Virus record (IMG/VR): IMGVR_UViG_3300031548_000002
Span: 27,364 to 91,363 of that record
Strand: one strand, 5' to 3'
DNA length: 64,000 nucleotides
Source of the DNA: a virus
Of the stretch, positions 46,876 to 55,455 are shown piece after piece. The translations under genes were made by a program, and so were the position numbers. Positions within the stretch are counted from its first letter, which is position 1. The number at the start of each line of letters is the position of its first letter. Below the pieces are notes generated by a model. It saw only the letters and a program-made list of their open reading frames with translations. It searched no databases and was not told where the DNA came from.

Positions 46876-47072
46876 CGGCGTGTGCGCTCGATCACGCTGA
46901 CGAACTGTACGTTGTCAGGGTCGTTCGTGGACGTCACGGGACCGACGTCTTCGGCCGCTCCGGGCGACTCCGCGCAGCGCGAGTTGTGCAAGATCACCCA
47001 GCGGCGACCGTCCACGGACTTCATCGCGGCGACGTGACAGCTCGGGCAAGACCACTTTGTGACTACGGACAT
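46872..47072 (-). CDS. small CxxC hypothetical protein
   Basis: GAGGAG RBS, own promoter. Confidence 0.6.
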   Translation of the reverse strand: MSVVTKWSCPSCHVAAMKSVDGRRWVILHNSRCAESPGAAEDVGPVTSTNDPDNVQFVSVIERTRR

Positions 47073-47111
47073 GTTGTCTCCTCATCATTGTCGTGTCGTG
47101 CTTACTCAACT

Positions 47112-47167
47112 ACAGTAAACCATAAGTGACACAATGTCAACGGCCGTGTTCGCGTACGGCCGTTGAC
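47112..47167 (-). promoter_or_regulatory. terminator hairpin fused with promoter
   Basis: IR 47136-47167 overlapping TTGACA-N17-TACTGT (47140-47112). Confidence 0.7.
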
Positions 47168-47173
47168 GCTGTG

Positions 47174-47404
47174 TCAGTGCTTGCGCGTCCGCGTGCGCGG
47201 CTCGCTGGACAGGTAGCCTCCGATCGTCGTCACCAGGGCGGGCAGTAGCGGGGCCAGAAAGACCTCTACCCAGCCTGGCAGACCCGTCCGTAGGTCCGGG
47301 TCGGACAGCCCGTTGAGGAGCGCCAGGAGGAACGTCAGGCCCACGTACGTCGTTCCGCCGGCGGTCGTCGCCCGGGTCGCGTTTGAGCCCTGAAGCGCGG
47401 CCAC
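47174..47404 (-). CDS. holin
   Basis: Two TM segments, basic C-terminus, directly after the endolysin. Confidence 0.7.
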   Translation of the reverse strand: MAALQGSNATRATTAGGTTYVGLTFLLALLNGLSDPDLRTGLPGWVEVFLAPLLPALVTTIGGYLSSEPRTRTRKH

Positions 47405-48229
47405 CTACGTCACCGTGAAGCCGCGGCGCCGCCCAAGCTCGGACAGGCTCGCGCGGCCCGGCACGCCGTCGGCGTCCGCACCCGCGTAACCCAGGCGTCG
47501 CTGGAACACCGCGTAGGCGGCGACGGTCTTGGTTCCGAATGAGCCGTCCACGTAGCGCGGTTCGAGCAGTCCCTCCGCGGCCAGCGCGCGCTCGACCACG
47601 ATCACCGACGCGTAGTTCGTCGTGTGGCCGTCCTCGGCGGGCGGGTCGGCGACCGCGGCGTTGACGATCTCACGGAGTGGGATGACCGGCTGTGTCGGCG
47701 TGGGCGGTGGCACCGACGGCGTTCCGGTGCCACCCGCATAGCGCGGGTCGGCTGACACGATGCCCTCGGTGTAGCGCGGGTAGCCGTAGCCGTAGAGGTA
47801 CGCGTCACGGCGGAGTCGCTTCTTCAGGTACACGCCGTCGCCCTCGGCGGACCCGGTGGCGTTCGTGTTGCCCTCGATTGTGTACGAGTAGTTGGCGTCG
47901 TAGGCGTAGACGAGGCCGACGTGCGAGCCGCCGCCCTGACCGAAGAACACCTGCGCGCCGACCGCCGGGTACTCGGAGAAGCGACCGCGCTGCTTGAACC
48001 AGCTTACGGCGGTGAGACACGATGCGGTCACCGGCGCGAGCGACTTGAGTCCCGCCTCTTGGAAGTTCCACGACTGGAACGTCTGGCACCACGCCTGGTC
48101 CTGCGACCACTCGAGTCCCGGAACCGCGGGTGAGTACTTCTGGTGGTTGGTCCAGTGGCCGCCAAAGTAGCCCTCGTGGTAGCCGACCTGGCCGCGCGCG
48201 ACGTTGATCAGTCGCTCGACGCTCTTCAC
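47405..48229 (-). CDS. endolysin, CHAP domain + peptidoglycan-binding domain
   Basis: AWCQTF, SHVGLV, TIEGNT; VDGSFGTKT...ADGVPG. Confidence 0.9.
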   Translation of the reverse strand: MKSVERLINVARGQVGYHEGYFGGHWTNHQKYSPAVPGLEWSQDQAWCQTFQSWNFQEAGLKSLAPVTASCLTAVSWFKQRGRFSEYPAVGAQVFFGQGGGSHVGLVYAYDANYSYTIEGNTNATGSAEGDGVYLKKRLRRDAYLYGYGYPRYTEGIVSADPRYAGGTGTPSVPPPTPTQPVIPLREIVNAAVADPPAEDGHTTNYASVIVVERALAAEGLLEPRYVDGSFGTKTVAAYAVFQRRLGYAGADADGVPGRASLSELGRRRGFTVT

Positions 48230-48411
48230 CGCGTCGACTCCGTCGTGCTCAGGTCCGTGACCGGTTCGTCCAGCGTGCCGGTCGGACCCGCCTGCGAGTC
48301 GCGACCGCGTGTGGCCTGCATGTCCGCGCCGTTGGCCACGTCACCCGCGACCTCGGCGAAGATCCCCACATCCGGTTCGAAGTTCACGCTCTCACTCACG
48401 GCCTCGTCCAC
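48226..48411 (-). CDS. small acidic hypothetical protein
   Basis: AGGAGG RBS before GTG 48411. Confidence 0.55.
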   Translation of the reverse strand: MDEAVSESVNFEPDVGIFAEVAGDVANGADMQATRGRDSQAGPTGTLDEPVTDLSTTESTR

Positions 48412-48419
48412 GATGCCTC

Positions 48420-48716
48420 CTAGTTGAGAATACCAAAGACCAGCGTCACGATGACGCCCGCCGCGGTGAGCAGCACGCCGAGCGCCGTCCACATTGCGGC
48501 GGGTGTGACGACCGGACGCGCCTCAAGGTGACGGACGCGCGTCTCCAGGTCACTGGTGGTGTTCGTCGTCGCGGTGTGGCGCGACTCCAGAGCGGTCACC
48601 AGCATGGAGAGGTGCGTCAGCTGCGCCACGACGCCCACCACCTGATCGTAGATCTCGCGGAGACCGATCGTCACCCCCGGTGACGATCGGTTCCCACTCT
48701 GCGGCGTGGTGGCCAC
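48420..48716 (-). CDS. coiled-coil membrane protein (lysis-associated)
   Basis: DLETRVRHLE + C-terminal TM. Confidence 0.7.
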   Translation of the reverse strand: MATTPQSGNRSSPGVTIGLREIYDQVVGVVAQLTHLSMLVTALESRHTATTNTTSDLETRVRHLEARPVVTPAAMWTALGVLLTAAGVIVTLVFGILN

Positions 48717-48717
48717 G

Positions 48718-50385
48718 TCAGATCCAGGACTCCGCCTGCGCGGGACCCTGCGGCTCGACCGCCGGCTCGGCGGAGGGCGCAGCCTCGGCCACCGGCTCGG
48801 TGGCGGCCTCCGGCGCGCCGACCTCCCACATGTGCATGCTGCCGGTGCGCACGCGCCGGATCTGCTGCGTCTTCTGCAGGCGGTGGAGGGAGAGGTAGAC
48901 CTCGCTCTCCTTGAGACCCGTCGCCTCGGCCAGCGCCACCTTGGTGGACGGGCCCTCGACGAGGATCTTCAGCACGGCCTCGTCGCGCGCGATGGTCGCC
49001 TCCGGCCGCGGCCGACCGCGCCGGTTCGCGGCCACCGGAGCGGACTCCGTGGTCGCCTCGGGCGCGCTCTCCACGTTGACGTCCTCCGACACTTTCTTAC
49101 CTCCCTGGTTGGATGTGGTCTTCGTCCTCGAGACTACCTTACCAGACTTGATCACGATCTTGCCGTCGGTCTGCCACGTGCTTGTGCAGTCGATGAGGCT
49201 CTCGCGGTCGCCGACGTCCTGCCCCGCGTAGCCGCCGGGCGAGCCGTCCAGTGCGGCCCTGATCCACCCGCCGATCCATCGGCCGCAGTCCACCGTGATG
49301 CCCTTACCCCACGTCGGCGCGAGGCCACCGCGGGGGATCGGGTCGATCAGCCAGTCGTCGGGGAAGCCCATGATGCGGGCCGTCTCACGGTGCGTGATCG
49401 TCCGGTCGAGCGTTGGGTGGATGACGCAGCCCAGCGCGCCACCGGTGATCACGCGTGACGGGTACTCACCGTCCCAGCGCACGGGCGCCGTGTACCCTTG
49501 GAAGAAGTCGCTGGCGACGAGCTTCGCCTCGTTGTGCTTCCACAGCGGCGGCAGTGAGCCGTGCTCCTCGTAGCAGCGGCGCAGCGCGTTCTGGATCGGC
49601 TCGCGCGGCCGCATACCGGCCCACTCGATGAGTTCCTTGATGCGGTGGTGGAGCGGCGACTCGGTCATCGCGTGGCCGTCCACCGTTAGGGCTGCGACGC
49701 CGTGCTCGCCCGAGTTGCGGCGTGGCCGCGCCCACCACGACACCGGCGCGTCGTCGTACGACTGCGCCTCCCACCGGAGCGGCAGCTCGCGGAGGTCGCC
49801 GATCACCTCATTGAGCGTCGGGTATCGCGTGATGCCCGGGTCCTCGATGCCGAACGGCACGCGCGATGCCAGCCAGAAGTACCGCCGTCGCTGGGACGAG
49901 CCGCCGACCGAGTACGCGTTGTGAAGCACGTGATAGAGGTGGTAGGCGTCACCAGTGAGTTCCTCGAGTCGGGCACGGAGCGCGCGCATGAGCTCACGCC
50001 CCTCGCCCTCCTTCGCCGCCAGCTGGACGGACTCGAAGATCGCGATGACCGGCTTCACCTTGGCGGAGTACTCGGCGAACGCCCACATGCAGTGATTGAT
50101 CGACGAGTCTGCGCCACGGAAGTCACGCGCACTCATCACCGAGAAACCTGAACACGGGGGATTACCGAAAGTTACTACAGGATTACTCAGTGGAACGGAC
50201 CACTCCGACGGATCCACGGCCTCGGTCTGCCAGTCGTCGCCCAGTAGGTGACGGTTGACCTCGCAGTTGGGCGCACCAAAGCCACCCTTCATCTCACGCT
50301 TGCCGACGAGCGTGAAGCCCGCCTGCACCATGCCCAGCGTGAACCCGCCCGCGAATGACTGGCAGTCCACGGCGTTGTACGTCAC
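48718..50385 (-). CDS. DNA (cytosine-5) methyltransferase with C-terminal wHTH
   Basis: FAGGF (motif I), GNPPCSGFS (IV), FESV (VI), QRRRYF (VIII), RTITHRETARIMGFPD (IX). Confidence 0.85.
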   Translation of the reverse strand: MTYNAVDCQSFAGGFTLGMVQAGFTLVGKREMKGGFGAPNCEVNRHLLGDDWQTEAVDPSEWSVPLSNPVVTFGNPPCSGFSVMSARDFRGADSSINHCMWAFAEYSAKVKPVIAIFESVQLAAKEGEGRELMRALRARLEELTGDAYHLYHVLHNAYSVGGSSQRRRYFWLASRVPFGIEDPGITRYPTLNEVIGDLRELPLRWEAQSYDDAPVSWWARPRRNSGEHGVAALTVDGHAMTESPLHHRIKELIEWAGMRPREPIQNALRRCYEEHGSLPPLWKHNEAKLVASDFFQGYTAPVRWDGEYPSRVITGGALGCVIHPTLDRTITHRETARIMGFPDDWLIDPIPRGGLAPTWGKGITVDCGRWIGGWIRAALDGSPGGYAGQDVGDRESLIDCTSTWQTDGKIVIKSGKVVSRTKTTSNQGGKKVSEDVNVESAPEATTESAPVAANRRGRPRPEATIARDEAVLKILVEGPSTKVALAEATGLKESEVYLSLHRLQKTQQIRRVRTGSMHMWEVGAPEAATEPVAEAAPSAEPAVEPQGPAQAESWI

Positions 50386-50433
50386 CTACGCACCTCCCAC
50401 CGCTTGATCACTGAACGTATTCAGCTGATCATA

Positions 50434-50575
50434 CTAGGTGAGAAGCCTGCCGTACGTGTCGAACCAGCGGTTCACGGTGTCGCAGAAGTACTCTCCCGCG
50501 TGCGCGCTAAAGCCGTCGCCGTCGAAGTAGCACTCGGTTTCATCGTCATCCAGGTCGCGCCGACAGTGGGGGGCA
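50434..50575 (-). other. out-of-frame second Zn-ribbon repeat of the upstream pyrophosphatase
   Basis: PHCRRDLDDDETEC...EYFC mirrors CPNCRRALDDDAVMC...EFVC; frames join at a C6 run. Confidence 0.6.
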
Positions 50576-51106
50576 CGTGTTCGTGCTGACGCGCCGGCCG
50601 TCCGCGTAGTAGCACACACCGGAGGGCTGGCAGACGAACTCCGCGGGACCGTCAGCGTACTCGTCCGCCGTGTAGCGCCGGCACATGACGGCGTCGTCGT
50701 CCAGCGCGCGTCGGCAGTTGGGACACTTATTCGTGCCGTCGTATCCGTCGCGCTGCCGCTGCAGGTTCTTGCGGTTCTTCAGCTGGTAGCGCGCGCTCAG
50801 CTCGGTGGCCACCTGCGCGGGTGTCCACCCGGGATGCGCGACGAGCAGCAGGTTCATGACGAAGTGCCAGAGGTCCACGAGCTCGGCGAAGAACGCGTCG
50901 TCGTTGATCGTCGGGTCGCCGCTGGCCCAGGGCTTCCACGACACCTCGTTGAGCGCCTCGTGCAGCTCGTCGGTCGCGGCGAGCACCATGTTTTTGATGA
51001 ACGCGACGCGCGCGGACTGCGAGAGGTTGGTGATGTCGCGGTGGTACGCCTCGCGCTGGAGCCGCTCCTGCGCGGCGAGCATAGCGAGCAGTCGGTCGTC
51101 GGTCAT
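50546..51106 (-). CDS. all-alpha NTP pyrophosphatase (dCTPase/dUTPase-like)
   Basis: DELHEALNEVSWKPW...ELVDLWHF...YQLKNRKNLQRQRDGY. Confidence 0.82.
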   Translation of the reverse strand: MTDDRLLAMLAAQERLQREAYHRDITNLSQSARVAFIKNMVLAATDELHEALNEVSWKPWASGDPTINDDAFFAELVDLWHFVMNLLLVAHPGWTPAQVATELSARYQLKNRKNLQRQRDGYDGTNKCPNCRRALDDDAVMCRRYTADEYADGPAEFVCQPSGVCYYADGRRVSTNTCPPLSARPG

Positions 51107-51107
51107 C

Positions 51108-52229
51108 CTAGTCCTCGTCGTTGTCGTCGGGCACAGCCGCGTCGAACAGCTGCGCCTCGGGGTGATTGCGGTCGATCGCGGCGAGGTCGTCGAGCCACGC
51201 GTCGTACGCGTTGATCGCGAGCGCCGGCACGTAGGGAAGCTTCTCGAGCCTACGCACGAGCGCGCTCACCAGCTCGTCGACGCGCGACGTCCTGGGCAGC
51301 GGCGCGAGCGTCAGGTGGTCGAGCAGGTCGTCCGTGTAGCGGTAGCCGATCAGCTCGAGCTCGAGGTCGCGCACCAGGTCGTGCTCGTTGCGGTCCTGTC
51401 GCACGACGGGGTGGCCGTACTGCAGCCACAGCCCAACGTGCTCCATGATCTCGCCGGCCACGTAGCTCGCCCAGATGTCGTCCATGCGGCCGACGCCCGG
51501 CAGGCACATCAGGGCCGGTGCAAGCGCCGTGCGGTACGCGGTCGCCTGCGAGTTGAACGGCGCGATCGTGCCCCGCAGCAGCGTGACGTTGTCCCAGAGG
51601 ACGCGCTCCACCACGGGCGCGTTCGCGATGCGCTCCACCGCATCCACATCCGGGTCGCCGAGCCATAGTGCGGCGAAGACGCCGATGTGACGAGGACCAC
51701 TGTGAATGTCGTGGCCACTGTGCTGCACGTGATTGATGTGACGTTGCGCCGGCGGAAAGCCACGGTGAACGACCGGCGGGTCGCAGAGCTCACCCGGGTT
51801 GAAGTATCCGGTGTTGGTCCACGTGAACTCACCGCGACTCGGCGTGGTGAGGATCTTGTGAACGCGCGTCAACCAGTCGCCCTCGTGCGCGAGCTCATCG
51901 TCATTGACCGGGTAGTTGTCGTCGTCGATCGTGAGAATGAACTCGGGCTCGTAGGTCAGCGCCTCGAGGATCGCGATGTTGCGCCGCTGGATGCAGTTCC
52001 ACGGAATGACATCGGAGCTCTGCCACCTAGACTGGTCGTCCGGGTGTACGTAGCGAATGTCACGACCGGTGCGCGCGTTCTCCCGCTCGGCCATAACACG
52101 AATCTCAGTGTGGGGTGTCCTTCGATCACCGACGACGATCATGACGTCATCCTCGGACATCTGATCTACCCACGCGCTCATATTCGGCATGGCGTTGATC
52201 GTCGTTGTGATGATGGCGGCGCGGGTCAT
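51108..52229 (-). CDS. GT75/RGP-STELLO-like protein (NDP-sugar mutase or glycosyltransferase)
   Basis: TTTIN, VVGDRRTP, RRNIAIL, IDDDN, RGFP, LWLGDPDVDA, PFNSQ, GRMDDIW, QDRNEHDL. Confidence 0.75.
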   Translation of the reverse strand: MTRAAIITTTINAMPNMSAWVDQMSEDDVMIVVGDRRTPHTEIRVMAERENARTGRDIRYVHPDDQSRWQSSDVIPWNCIQRRNIAILEALTYEPEFILTIDDDNYPVNDDELAHEGDWLTRVHKILTTPSRGEFTWTNTGYFNPGELCDPPVVHRGFPPAQRHINHVQHSGHDIHSGPRHIGVFAALWLGDPDVDAVERIANAPVVERVLWDNVTLLRGTIAPFNSQATAYRTALAPALMCLPGVGRMDDIWASYVAGEIMEHVGLWLQYGHPVVRQDRNEHDLVRDLELELIGYRYTDDLLDHLTLAPLPRTSRVDELVSALVRRLEKLPYVPALAINAYDAWLDDLAAIDRNHPEAQLFDAAVPDDNDED

Positions 52230-53560
52230 CCGTAGAGCCTCTCCTTGATGCGCTGCACGTAGCGCAGCGCGGTGATCTCCTGCTCAAAGTACGCCCGTTG
52301 GACGCTTACCAGCCACTCCCACAGGCCGCGGTCGTTCGAGACCTCGTGCAGCTTGCGCTGGAAGTCGCCGGGGTGCTTGACCCGCAGCCACTCTTGCGCG
52401 ACCGCGGGGAGCCCGCCGAGAATGTGGTTCTGGTCGTCGTACAGCGGGTGGAAGAAGCAGACCGTGCCGGCGGCGAACGCCTCCCACGGCTTGGTCGTCG
52501 CGAAGCCCGAGCCGCTGGACGGCGTCGTCAGCGTGCACTTGACGCTGTGGAGTCGCGGGTAGTACTCATTCCACGGCGCGGGCTCGATGTCGACACCCAG
52601 CTCCTCTTGGGATTTCTTCGACCACGTGCCGTGGATGAAGTGAGGCTTCACGGGAAGCGCATAGTCGCGCAGCGCGTTGACGCGCTTCGTGGCGTCGGAG
52701 ACGTACGTGCGCGCCTCGTTGATGAAGAGTCCGAACTTGCCGGGCCGGTCGAAGTCCTGGTCGTACGAGACGAGGTCGCCGAACGGCGTGCCCGGCATGA
52801 GCGCGTTGATCTCGAGGCGCGAGTACCCGCACGCGACGGTGGACTCCCACAGCGTGTGGCCGTACTTCTCCACGGCGTGAGCTTCCGCCATGAGCTCCCA
52901 CTGCGGGTCGACCTTGAGCTCGCGACCGGCGCGCTCGTGACGGATGGTGTGCTTGTAGTTGCGCTGGGTCAGCACGGGGTTGAGAAGTGGCCACGCGAGG
53001 TCGCGCATCTTCAGGTAGTTGCGCGAGTCCGCGTTCAGCCAGACCTCCTCGCGCGTGTACGGGTCGACGTCGCGCCAGCGGTTCACCGCGTTTAGGAAGT
53101 AGCTGCAGTACGCCACGGAGAAGTCTTGCGGCCGAGTCAGCTTGCCACTGGACTTCTTTGTGATCCCCGGCGTGGGCCGGTTGGTCGTCCCGTGCTGGCC
53201 GATCCAGCCGACGATGCCGCCCGCTTGGTCCACCACGTCGCGCGTAAGCGCGTCGGTGAACTCGACGATCGCGAGCTGCTGGTCCACCGTGAAGTTGCCG
53301 GTGAACTCCTTGCGCTTCAGGAACGAGCGCAGCTCGTCGCGCCAGCCGTACTCCGTCCACGGGTTGACGACGTTGCCGGGCAGCTCGGCCTCGGCGGCCG
53401 TCTCGCCGGAGTTGCGGCCGAACAGCATGAACGTGTCGTCGGGGTGACGCTCCGCCAGCGCCTTGACGACGGGCACGCACTCGACGTCGCCGCCGAGCGT
53501 GCCGCACTTGTCAAGAGTGAGCGGCATTGATCTTCCGAGCTTTCCGTACAGAATGATCAT
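52226..53560 (-). CDS. GT-B DNA glycosyltransferase, T4 beta-glucosyltransferase-like
   Basis: C-terminal TTKPWEAFAAGTVCFFHPLYDDQNHI...LVSVQ resembles the BGT C-terminal TLRVWETMA region as recalled; context among DNA-modification genes. Confidence 0.68.
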   Translation of the reverse strand: MIILYGKLGRSMPLTLDKCGTLGGDVECVPVVKALAERHPDDTFMLFGRNSGETAAEAELPGNVVNPWTEYGWRDELRSFLKRKEFTGNFTVDQQLAIVEFTDALTRDVVDQAGGIVGWIGQHGTTNRPTPGITKKSSGKLTRPQDFSVAYCSYFLNAVNRWRDVDPYTREEVWLNADSRNYLKMRDLAWPLLNPVLTQRNYKHTIRHERAGRELKVDPQWELMAEAHAVEKYGHTLWESTVACGYSRLEINALMPGTPFGDLVSYDQDFDRPGKFGLFINEARTYVSDATKRVNALRDYALPVKPHFIHGTWSKKSQEELGVDIEPAPWNEYYPRLHSVKCTLTTPSSGSGFATTKPWEAFAAGTVCFFHPLYDDQNHILGGLPAVAQEWLRVKHPGDFQRKLHEVSNDRGLWEWLVSVQRAYFEQEITALRYVQRIKERLYG

Positions 53561-53590
53561 CTGACCTCATCAGTGTCGTGTCCGGGTGAA

Positions 53591-53642
53591 CGCCGGCGAC
53601 CCGGGACGTGGTCAACGTACCAGGACGCCGGCGCTTGATCAA
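53591..53642 (-). promoter_or_regulatory. hairpin with embedded promoter for the modification operon
   Basis: IR 53591-53633; TTGATC-N17-TACGTT (53642-53614). Confidence 0.5.
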
Positions 53643-53654
53643 GTCACCCTGAGC

Positions 53655-54197
53655 TTAGAAGGGGGACGGCGGGGGTGGAACCGCCGAGCCGCCGCCCGCG
53701 GCCGGCTTGGGAACGTCCGCGGCAGGCGTCGGAATGCCCGCAGACGGGCTCGGGACGCCGGCCGCGGTCGGACCAACGGCGCCCGGAACCGGGAGGCCTA
53801 CGTTGCCCGCGAGCGGCGCCTCGACCTTCTCGACGTTCTCGCGGTCGACGCCCTGCCACTCGCGCACGCCGACGGTGAACCGGCAGCGCTTGCCTTGCAG
53901 CGCGGCGGCGACCTGCTCCGGCGCGGGGTTCTGGTCGAAGTACGGGCCGTCGAGTCCGAAGGCCTTCATGTTGCCGAAGAACATGCGGAGCGCCGCCGGG
54001 CTGTCGACCGAGATCACGAACTGCGTGAAGAAGGTCTTGCCGTGGTGCTTGCCACCCTCGACCTGCAGCTTAACGCGGATCATCGGCTTGCCGTTGGAGG
54101 ACTGGTCGAGCTTCGACTCGGCCACGAGGCCGTCGAAGGTGCCGGTCACGAGCGTGGTCGCGTCCTTGTACAGGTCGCCGAAGTTGAACGATGTCAC
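53655..54197 (-). CDS. DUF669-like ssDNA-binding protein
   Basis: SSNGKPMI..., Pro-rich tail ending PF; follows AAA gene. Confidence 0.75.
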   Translation of the reverse strand: MTSFNFGDLYKDATTLVTGTFDGLVAESKLDQSSNGKPMIRVKLQVEGGKHHGKTFFTQFVISVDSPAALRMFFGNMKAFGLDGPYFDQNPAPEQVAAALQGKRCRFTVGVREWQGVDRENVEKVEAPLAGNVGLPVPGAVGPTAAGVPSPSAGIPTPAADVPKPAAGGGSAVPPPPSPF

Positions 54198-55021
54198 TTG
54201 TCAGAGCCCTTCGTCGCGCTGGGTTCGGTGTCGCCGGTGGGGTGGGGGAAGATGGTGTTCACGATGGTGGTGATGTCGGGTTGGTTGACGGTGAGACCGA
54301 GAACGCCCTGCACCCGCTCGCCCGCCTCGAACGTCGGGTTCGGCCCGACGAGAAGCTTGCGGACGGGCACCGTGGGCTGGCCGTGTTCATCGAGCTCGCT
54401 GTCCACATACAGGTACCCTACTACGTCCATCCAGTAGGGGAGCGAGGTGCCGATCTGGCCCTGCATGAAGGGTCGCCAGCGCCCCATGTGCTCCTTCGTC
54501 TCGGCGAGGAACACCGCGACACGGACGTTGTTGGGAAGCAGCACCAGGTCGCGGAAGCCGCGGATCAGCTTGTCCATCTCCGTGAGGAGACGTCCCCAGT
54601 CCTGGATCTGCATCTGGCCGTCGCTCTTAATGTTCTCCTTGCACCGCCGCTGCGCCTCGGTGATGGAGTCCATGACGAGCGACCGGAAGTCGTGGGGCGT
54701 CGTCAGCAGCCACTCGTAGACGCGCCGCAGCGTGCCCCAGCTGTTGACGGTGACGATGCACGCGTCCCACGCGCCGTCGTGACGCGGCGGCGGGCCCGCG
54801 TTCGGATCCCAGAAGATCTTGCGCAGTGGCCGGCCGGACTGGAAGCCCGCCTCACGAATGAAGCGCCAGCCGCCCTCCGCGTCGAGCACCAGCACCGGCG
54901 GGGGCGCGGTGCTGGACAGCGTGGACTTGCCGATCTTACTCGGTGCGTGGATGAGGATGGACAGCGTCGCCTCATCCAAAATGGTCACAGTCGAAGACTG
55001 TGCGCCACTAGTTGAAGACAC
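54194..55021 (-). CDS. AAA_24 / Sak4-like recombinase ATPase
   Basis: APSKIGKST, LDAEGG, VMDSITE, DVVGYL. Confidence 0.8.
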   Translation of the reverse strand: MSSTSGAQSSTVTILDEATLSILIHAPSKIGKSTLSSTAPPPVLVLDAEGGWRFIREAGFQSGRPLRKIFWDPNAGPPPRHDGAWDACIVTVNSWGTLRRVYEWLLTTPHDFRSLVMDSITEAQRRCKENIKSDGQMQIQDWGRLLTEMDKLIRGFRDLVLLPNNVRVAVFLAETKEHMGRWRPFMQGQIGTSLPYWMDVVGYLYVDSELDEHGQPTVPVRKLLVGPNPTFEAGERVQGVLGLTVNQPDITTIVNTIFPHPTGDTEPSATKGSDK

Positions 55022-55454
55022 TCACACACTCCTTGCAGCAGCGCTGGTAGATCTTACCCTCGAGCGGCACGTCTCCGAAGGGACGCACCTCGTACACCTG
55101 TTCGGCCTTCGCGAAGCGCTTATCGCAGCGCTCACATCGACCACCACCCTGGCCGACGAAGCTGTGCATCACGAGGTCCGCATGCTGACCACGACGTAGG
55201 TCATCGATCAACTCTTGCGCGTTCGTGCACTCTGCGTGCACGTACCGAGACCACCCGGGTCGGTTCTCGAAGTGGGCTTTCTCGTACATCTGGCCGACGT
55301 CGAGGTCACCACCACACGCGACGCAGAGCGTCTTTGTCTCGGCGACACCCACCCAGCCCGAGCGTACGAGCTCACCCAAGATTTGACGGTCTTGCGCCAG
55401 CTGCGCCATAATCAAAGCGCGCTGGAACGCGCTTCGCAGGTGGTTCGTTCCCAA
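55008..55454 (-). CDS. Zn-finger hypothetical protein
   Basis: CVAC..HAEC and CERC..CKEC; start uncertain. Confidence 0.55.
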   Translation of the reverse strand: MGTNHLRSAFQRALIMAQLAQDRQILGELVRSGWVGVAETKTLCVACGGDLDVGQMYEKAHFENRPGWSRYVHAECTNAQELIDDLRRGQHADLVMHSFVGQGGGRCERCDKRFAKAEQVYEVRPFGDVPLEGKIYQRCCKECVSVFN

Positions 55455-55455
55455 T

